NCBI GenBank assembly: GCA_013329045.1
Contig: DUKZ01000004.1
Coordinates: 14,171-78,170 of the forward strand
Length of the DNA: 64,000 nt
Direction of reading: 5' to 3'
Source: Candidatus Woesearchaeota archaeon
Lineage (GTDB): Archaea; Nanobdellota; Nanobdellia; Woesearchaeales; UBA9989
The stretch's first letter is position 1; every line of letters begins with the position of its first letter. Positions 58,832 to 64,000 of this stretch are shown here, piece by piece. The notes below the pieces were generated by a model. It did not search any database. It saw only the letters and a list, made by a program, of their open reading frames with translations, and was not told where the DNA came from. Both the position numbers and the translations under genes were made by a program.

Positions 58832-60310
58832 TCATTCTTCGGTTTGTTCTAATAAAGAAATTTTTCCCCTGCTCTGCCAGACAATAGCGCCAGCATCCAC
58901 CATCTCATGGAGAAGGCTATAGATATATCGCTTTGTCAATGTATCCATTGCTTTGCTCAATGCAGCGGAAGTGTCAATGCCCCCTTTGATGAGATCCCAA
59001 AGAGCCATGATCCTTTGTTCTTTTGAGACTATCTGCGGCTGGCCGCGGTGTTTTGGATTCAGGAACAATCCTTGATGAGTTCCAAGATATCCTGGCACCC
59101 TCACCTTCATCTCCCGCAGAGCGGTAATTCCTGTTGCGCTGATGAGCACATAATTATCTCCGGTTGACACCTGACTCTCATCTAAGCCAATTGTCAGGAG
59201 AGCATCGTGCATGTCCTGGATAAAACCAGGATTGGCACGCCTCATGCGAAAGGAATGGTCAAAAGATGGCTGGAGACAAAAATAGCCCATGAGGTAATAG
59301 GGCAAGAATGCATGCTCACCACCTGAGAATTTTTTGGGAAGGTGGCCGCCTAGTTCCTCTAGCCGATGATATGACAGCCTTTCCCCATTAGGGGTCAACT
59401 TCAATACCTCCTTATAGAAATGGAAGAGCGCCTCTGAACCGACAACGATATGTCCTGGAACCTCAAACTCAACTGTATTGTCCGCGCTGATGACTGGCCG
59501 GTCCAACCGCAGATTATGAAGCTGATAAAACAATGCGGACAACACTTTTTCATAAAAGCCCTCATTGCCGCGGTGCCTGCCAAAGACGAGCCTCCCGATA
59601 TCACCATCATCATTTCGCTTTTGTGTATGGAGCATTGCTGCATAATCAATCATCCCAACAAGGATTGCAAGGTCTGGGGCTGCCTCATTTGGCAACTTTG
59701 TGCCGCGAAGGAGGTCCATGCGGGAGAATGGATGATGAGTATCCCAGTGAGCCCTTGCCTCCTCGATGTTTGGCATGAAGCCATTGCCGCCATTTGTTGA
59801 TTCATAGATGTATTTCCTCAATGCAAGCGTTGCGGTGAGTTCGTCAAGTGATGCAGCAGCAGTGATGCCCTGTTTCTCCTCACGGAAATGGTAACAAACA
59901 GCGCCGGAACCAATAGTATTATACTGCGAAGGATCGACCTGCTGCTCAAAAGGCGTATCTTCCAAGGTGATTGCCATAAAAAATCCCAAGACACTTGTGC
60001 TGAGCTGGCTGAGAGCATCGCATTTTGTGAGACCATTGAGAACTGAATGAGTATATATGAACCGTGCAGCCTCCACAACAATCGCTTCTACATCCTGATA
60101 TGCTGCCGGCTCAAAGGTTCTAGGAAGAGCTCTTCTTCTCTGTTTGTCAAATTGCCTGCGGCCCCATGATTGGGATGCAGTATAGATATCTTCCGGAGCC
60201 ACGCCAAGGACTTCTGATGCGTACCGGACAGACCTTACCTGTGATCCTGTCTGAATAGCAAGGTCTCTTAAAACAGAACCGTCAAGATACGGTGGAAGCG
60301 TTGATTTCAT
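58832..60310 (-). CDS. Hypothetical protein, degenerate LAGLIDADG-like core plus C-terminal winged HTH
   Basis: GTKLPNEAAPDLAILVGMIDYAA and FLPYYLMGYFCLQP; C-terminus TSAALSKAM...KRYIYSLLHEMVDAGAI. Confidence 0.55.
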   Translation of the reverse strand: MKSTLPPYLDGSVLRDLAIQTGSQVRSVRYASEVLGVAPEDIYTASQSWGRRQFDKQRRRALPRTFEPAAYQDVEAIVVEAARFIYTHSVLNGLTKCDALSQLSTSVLGFFMAITLEDTPFEQQVDPSQYNTIGSGAVCYHFREEKQGITAAASLDELTATLALRKYIYESTNGGNGFMPNIEEARAHWDTHHPFSRMDLLRGTKLPNEAAPDLAILVGMIDYAAMLHTQKRNDDGDIGRLVFGRHRGNEGFYEKVLSALFYQLHNLRLDRPVISADNTVEFEVPGHIVVGSEALFHFYKEVLKLTPNGERLSYHRLEELGGHLPKKFSGGEHAFLPYYLMGYFCLQPSFDHSFRMRRANPGFIQDMHDALLTIGLDESQVSTGDNYVLISATGITALREMKVRVPGYLGTHQGLFLNPKHRGQPQIVSKEQRIMALWDLIKGGIDTSAALSKAMDTLTKRYIYSLLHEMVDAGAIVWQSRGKISLLEQTEE

Positions 60311-60386
60311 CACTTAAGGGGTGTAACATTTGTTTATAAGGGTTTCGGAAGAGAGAGTTATTATAATAGTATTTTTTCCTTTCTTC

Positions 60387-61349
60387 ATGGACATTATCCC
60401 AAGAACCGAGAAGATTGTGTGGAAAGAATCATTCATCTCCAGGTATTGCGCTCTGACTGACTTTGAAGCGTTCAAGAAAGCGAGCTTATCATATCCAAGG
60501 AAGTCGATTCGAGTCAATACCCTTAAGGTTTCGGTGGGTGAGCTGAAGAAAAGACTGGAGAAAAACTGGAATTTGGAGCAGGTACCCTGGTGCAAGGAAG
60601 GATTCTGGATCACCCATGCAAAAAAAGAACGGTTTGATATCGGAAATCTCATTGAGCATCAACTGGGGTATTTCTATGTGCAGGATGCCTCTTCCATGAT
60701 TCCGCCGCTCGTGCTGGATGCGCGGCCAGGTGAAAGAGTGCTCGACATGTGCGCTGCCCCTGGCAGCAAAACAACGCAGATTGCCATGTATATGAAGAAT
60801 GAAGGGCTGCTTGTCGCAAACGATGCGAAAGCTGACAGGGTCAAGCCGCTTGGGTTTAATTTGCAGCGGTGCGGGGTGAGGAATGCGGTCGTGACAATTG
60901 GGGAAGGAGGACACCTTGTCCGGATGCATGACAAAACAGGATATTCATTCGATAGGATATTGGTTGATGCCCCCTGCTCTGGAACGGGCACAATCAATAA
61001 GTCACTCAAGACAATCGAAATGTATAATGCCAACATGATCAAACGGCTGGCTTCAATCCAGAAACAATTATTGTCAATCGCGCTTCGGATTGTCAAAAAA
61101 GGAGGAACAGTTGTTTATTCTACCTGTTCTAATGAGCCGGAAGAGGATGAAGGGGTCATTGATGCGATGCTCACGCGGTTTGATGATGTGCAGGTGGAGA
61201 AGGTATCATTGCCGGGGCTGAGAGCATCAAATGCGGTTGTCGCGTTTGAGAAGCATGAATACAACAAGGAAGTTTCAAAAACACTTCGGATCTGGCCCCA
61301 GGACAACGGGACGGAAGGATTTTTTATCGCGAAACTGAGGAAGAAATGA
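60387..61349 (+). CDS. RsmB/NOP2 family RNA m5C methyltransferase
   Basis: IRVNTLK, YVQDASSM, LDMCAAPGSKT, LVDAPCSGTG, VYSTCS, GFFIAKL. Confidence 0.95.
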   Translation: MDIIPRTEKIVWKESFISRYCALTDFEAFKKASLSYPRKSIRVNTLKVSVGELKKRLEKNWNLEQVPWCKEGFWITHAKKERFDIGNLIEHQLGYFYVQDASSMIPPLVLDARPGERVLDMCAAPGSKTTQIAMYMKNEGLLVANDAKADRVKPLGFNLQRCGVRNAVVTIGEGGHLVRMHDKTGYSFDRILVDAPCSGTGTINKSLKTIEMYNANMIKRLASIQKQLLSIALRIVKKGGTVVYSTCSNEPEEDEGVIDAMLTRFDDVQVEKVSLPGLRASNAVVAFEKHEYNKEVSKTLRIWPQDNGTEGFFIAKLRKK

Positions 61350-61371
61350 ATTACGTTCTCTGGTTCACTCA

Positions 61372-61454
61372 GCAACAACAATAACGGCAGAAAACCAGTT
61401 TTTCTGCGAAAAACTTCCGCTTAGAAACTAAGCGGTTTTCGCCATTGTTGTTGC
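61372..61454. repeat. Multi-hairpin REP-like palindromic element
   Basis: Outer stem GCAACAACAAT/ATTGTTGTTGC; inner GCAGAAAA/TTTTCTGC and CCGCTTAG-AAA-CTAAGCGG. Confidence 0.75.
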
Positions 61455-61569
61455 CGCATTTGTTCATTCCAACCCCTTTTCATACAACATAACCATCACA
61501 ATAAATCTATTTAAGCACTATCTTTTCACTACCGAAGAGCATATAAGTAAAACAGGACCAGTTTTTGAT

Positions 61570-62049
61570 ATGGCAGGATTATATGTTGTGACGGCAGAAA
61601 TACAGCGCCCATCTCTCTACGGTGTGACATTCACCCTCGACCCTGAAAAGCAGCATGGGATGAAACGCCGCACGTTCACTCAAGGCTTTGTCCCAGGCGA
61701 AGGCGGGATCATCCTGCCAGGTTATTTGACAAAACTAAAGGCATTGGTCAGTATGGAGGGTCCAGAGGATCTTCGCTCGTATGATCCATCAACATCAATC
61801 ACAGTCACTCGCATCCATCAGCCTGTGATCCTTGGAAGGACAGGAAGGCATCTTCAAGGAGAATCATTAGAGCTTGGCGAACTCATCGGTCTTATCGGCG
61901 GCGATGGCCAACAGGTGCTTTATGATAATGAAGTGCTCGTAACACATCCAAATGCCTCGCCTCCAAGAGCAGCTTTTGTCCAGATCTATGCAGCGGAAGT
62001 GAAAGGCAATGATGCAGATGCATTCACCCTTGCCTGGAGATTGGAGTAA
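61570..62049 (+). CDS. Hypothetical protein
   Basis: 159-aa ORF with an AT-rich upstream region. Confidence 0.55.
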   Translation: MAGLYVVTAEIQRPSLYGVTFTLDPEKQHGMKRRTFTQGFVPGEGGIILPGYLTKLKALVSMEGPEDLRSYDPSTSITVTRIHQPVILGRTGRHLQGESLELGELIGLIGGDGQQVLYDNEVLVTHPNASPPRAAFVQIYAAEVKGNDADAFTLAWRLE

Positions 62050-62090
62050 TTTTTCCAAACCTTTTTTTAGTCTTTTCATATTCTTTGCGC

Positions 62091-62651
62091 ATGAGGACTG
62101 TTTTTATCATCCACGGCGCGTATGGGAACTCCCATGAGAACTGGATACCATGGCTGAAAAAAGAGCTTGAAGCTTTGGGAAACAAGGTGATCACTCCTGA
62201 TTTTCCAACGCCACAAGGGCAGAGCCTTACTGCATGGATGAATATATTTTCTACATATAAGCAGGATATTGATGAGAACACCGTTTTTGTCGACCACAGC
62301 CTCGGGTGTGCATTCATCTTATCGGTGCTAGAGGAGGATAGGGAGAAACCGGTGAGGGCGTGCTATCTTGTTTCAGGATTCGCCGGACCGCTTGGCGATG
62401 CACGGTTTGATGCCATCAATAAAACATTTACCATAAAAAAGTTTGACTGGGAGAAGATTAAGGGGAACTGTGAGCGTTTTGTGCTGTTTCATTCCGACAA
62501 TGACCCGTATGTGCCGATGGAGAAATGCGATGAATTGGCAGAAAAACTCAAAGGGAAACAAATAATCGTTGAGGGGGGATGGCATTTCAATGAACAAGCA
62601 GGGTATCATGCATTTCCCCTCTTGCTCAAGAGGATAAAACCTTCTCTCTAG
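62091..62651 (+). CDS. RBBP9/YdeN family alpha/beta hydrolase
   Basis: IIHG..G....NW.PWL, HSLG, HSDNDPYVP, HFN. Confidence 0.88.
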   Translation: MRTVFIIHGAYGNSHENWIPWLKKELEALGNKVITPDFPTPQGQSLTAWMNIFSTYKQDIDENTVFVDHSLGCAFILSVLEEDREKPVRACYLVSGFAGPLGDARFDAINKTFTIKKFDWEKIKGNCERFVLFHSDNDPYVPMEKCDELAEKLKGKQIIVEGGWHFNEQAGYHAFPLLLKRIKPSL

Positions 62652-62656
62652 GGTAT

Positions 62657-64000
62657 TCACTCCGCCTTTTGCAGCAATTCCAAAGAGCGGTTTAGGTCCT
62701 TCTTGAGCAGTCCTGCAAAGTGGAGAGATAATTCCTGAGAGAGCTCATCACTCAAGGTGACATCATAGCCCTTCCTCTTTGCATAGGAGATCATGTTGTC
62801 TGCCATCGTTTTCTTGCTCTCAATCATTTCCTGCAATGGCCTTATGAGGGGATAATATTTTTTTGGCGTCACCTGCCTGACGAACTTGCAGAACCGTCTT
62901 GCATATTCATGCACCCGTTTGCTGGCAAAGCCCTCGAATGCGGCGTCTTTTTGCAATTGGTTCCTGACATAGGTATGCGGGGGAATGAAAATGGCATTGC
63001 CCTCAATCTTGAAGCTTTCTGTCTCATCAATATCTGCCGGCACTACCCAGAGGAAATCACGCTGGATCTTTCTCTGGGAGAATTGGATGAGTGTTGCTGT
63101 GCTCAGCATATAAGAAGGCAGGTTCATATCGCAGCCGCGGTATTCAATGGTGCCTTTGCTGTTCACCCGGACAGGGTTCCATGCATAATCAAACGGCGTT
63201 GTATTCTTCATCTCTTTTTCCGGGTCAAACCCATGCTTTTGGAGCATGTGCCCCCACCTGTTGTATTTTTTTGCTGCAACGGAGATGAGATCCCTGAGAG
63301 TCTGCTTGTATGGCGGGAGCTGGCCAAAGAGCTGCTTGCTCTGATAGATCGAAGGATTGTTCCCAAAGATCCGCGAACCCCTCTGGAAAACAAGCCGGTG
63401 ATCGTTCATCTTATGCTCCCCATTGCTGAATGGAGAGGATTGCATGAATGTCGTGCATATCGGGTCTGCCGCGATGATGAGATTGTAGGAGTCGACCAGT
63501 GTCCTTTTGACCCTCGACTTCTTCATGTACTTCAATGTCTTATTCTTTTTGTCATACAATCCCCTTGGGAGGGTGTAATGCTGATGATAGCCGCAGGTGA
63601 ACATTTTTGTGTAGCGATCCTTGCCAAAGATCACCTTTTGCACATCATACCGGTGGTGCTCCCGGACCTTTGGCGCATATTTTCCCGGATAGGCGCCAAA
63701 AGGATAAAGGTGTTTTCCGAGGCTTTCAGCCAATTCGCTGAGCGACTCGAGGTTCTTTAGCATGTCCTGCGTCGTAGCTGAGAGCTTAGAGAATGGGAGG
63801 CAGTTCATCTCGATCATGCCAAGATGCGACTCCTTCTTTGCTGCAAGATTCCTCTTTGCCGATTGGATGAGGAGCTGGTCTGATTCATCTATCCTTCCCT
63901 CCCCATCAAGGATGAACATCTCTATCTCCTGACCGGAGAGGGAACGCTTCAATACTTTCTCTGTTGCCTTATGAGGATAGAGTATCCCACTGAGCGGTTT
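62657..64000 (-). CDS. Glutamate-cysteine ligase family 2 (GCS2/YbdK-like), 5' end beyond the window
   Basis: GQEIEMFILD, KE....MIE, CGYHQHY, WNPVR...GTIEYRGCD; the frame stays open to base 64000. Confidence 0.8.
   Translation of the reverse strand, partial: KPLSGILYPHKATEKVLKRSLSGQEIEMFILDGEGRIDESDQLLIQSAKRNLAAKKESHLGMIEMNCLPFSKLSATTQDMLKNLESLSELAESLGKHLYPFGAYPGKYAPKVREHHRYDVQKVIFGKDRYTKMFTCGYHQHYTLPRGLYDKKNKTLKYMKKSRVKRTLVDSYNLIIAADPICTTFMQSSPFSNGEHKMNDHRLVFQRGSRIFGNNPSIYQSKQLFGQLPPYKQTLRDLISVAAKKYNRWGHMLQKHGFDPEKEMKNTTPFDYAWNPVRVNSKGTIEYRGCDMNLPSYMLSTATLIQFSQRKIQRDFLWVVPADIDETESFKIEGNAIFIPPHTYVRNQLQKDAAFEGFASKRVHEYARRFCKFVRQVTPKKYYPLIRPLQEMIESKKTMADNMISYAKRKGYDVTLSDELSQELSLHFAGLLKKDLNRSLELLQKAE

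Overview
Archaeal chromosomal segment, most likely a DPANN archaeon such as Woesearchaeota. The taxonomy is inferred from Alba, S17e, FtsZ2-type tubulin, archaeal Elp3, class III prepilin signals and AT-rich TATA-like intergenic boxes. The left part holds a glycogen cluster (GT3 synthase, DUF5752-like, GT4, GH57, GalT), uppS, a small toxin/antitoxin-like pair with an operator palindrome, ftsZ, a secreted RlpA-like protein, a FabV-like reductase, tRNA-Arg(TCG), alba and rps17e. It also holds an AT-rich PEP-utiliser gene enclosed by inverted, box-structured dif/attC-like ends. The centre and right (about 24.1-56.3 kb) form a very large type IV pilus/adhesin locus: ATPase, two platform proteins, seven prepilin-type signals and four giant surface proteins. 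The locus is interrupted by GT-C/methyltransferase, MNT-HEPN, YtxJ and ABC genes and by a ~1 kb IS with a frameshifted transposase. The far right carries elp3, a degenerate LAGLIDADG-like protein, an RsmB/NOP2 methyltransferase, a YdeN hydrolase and a GCS2 ligase. Non-coding structure includes two ~205-bp TIR-bounded, structure-conserved MITE-like elements, REP-like hairpins and several short tandem duplications next to stop codons. No CRISPR array, rRNA, integrase or reverse transcriptase was seen. All calls are by eye from motifs; no searches were run.
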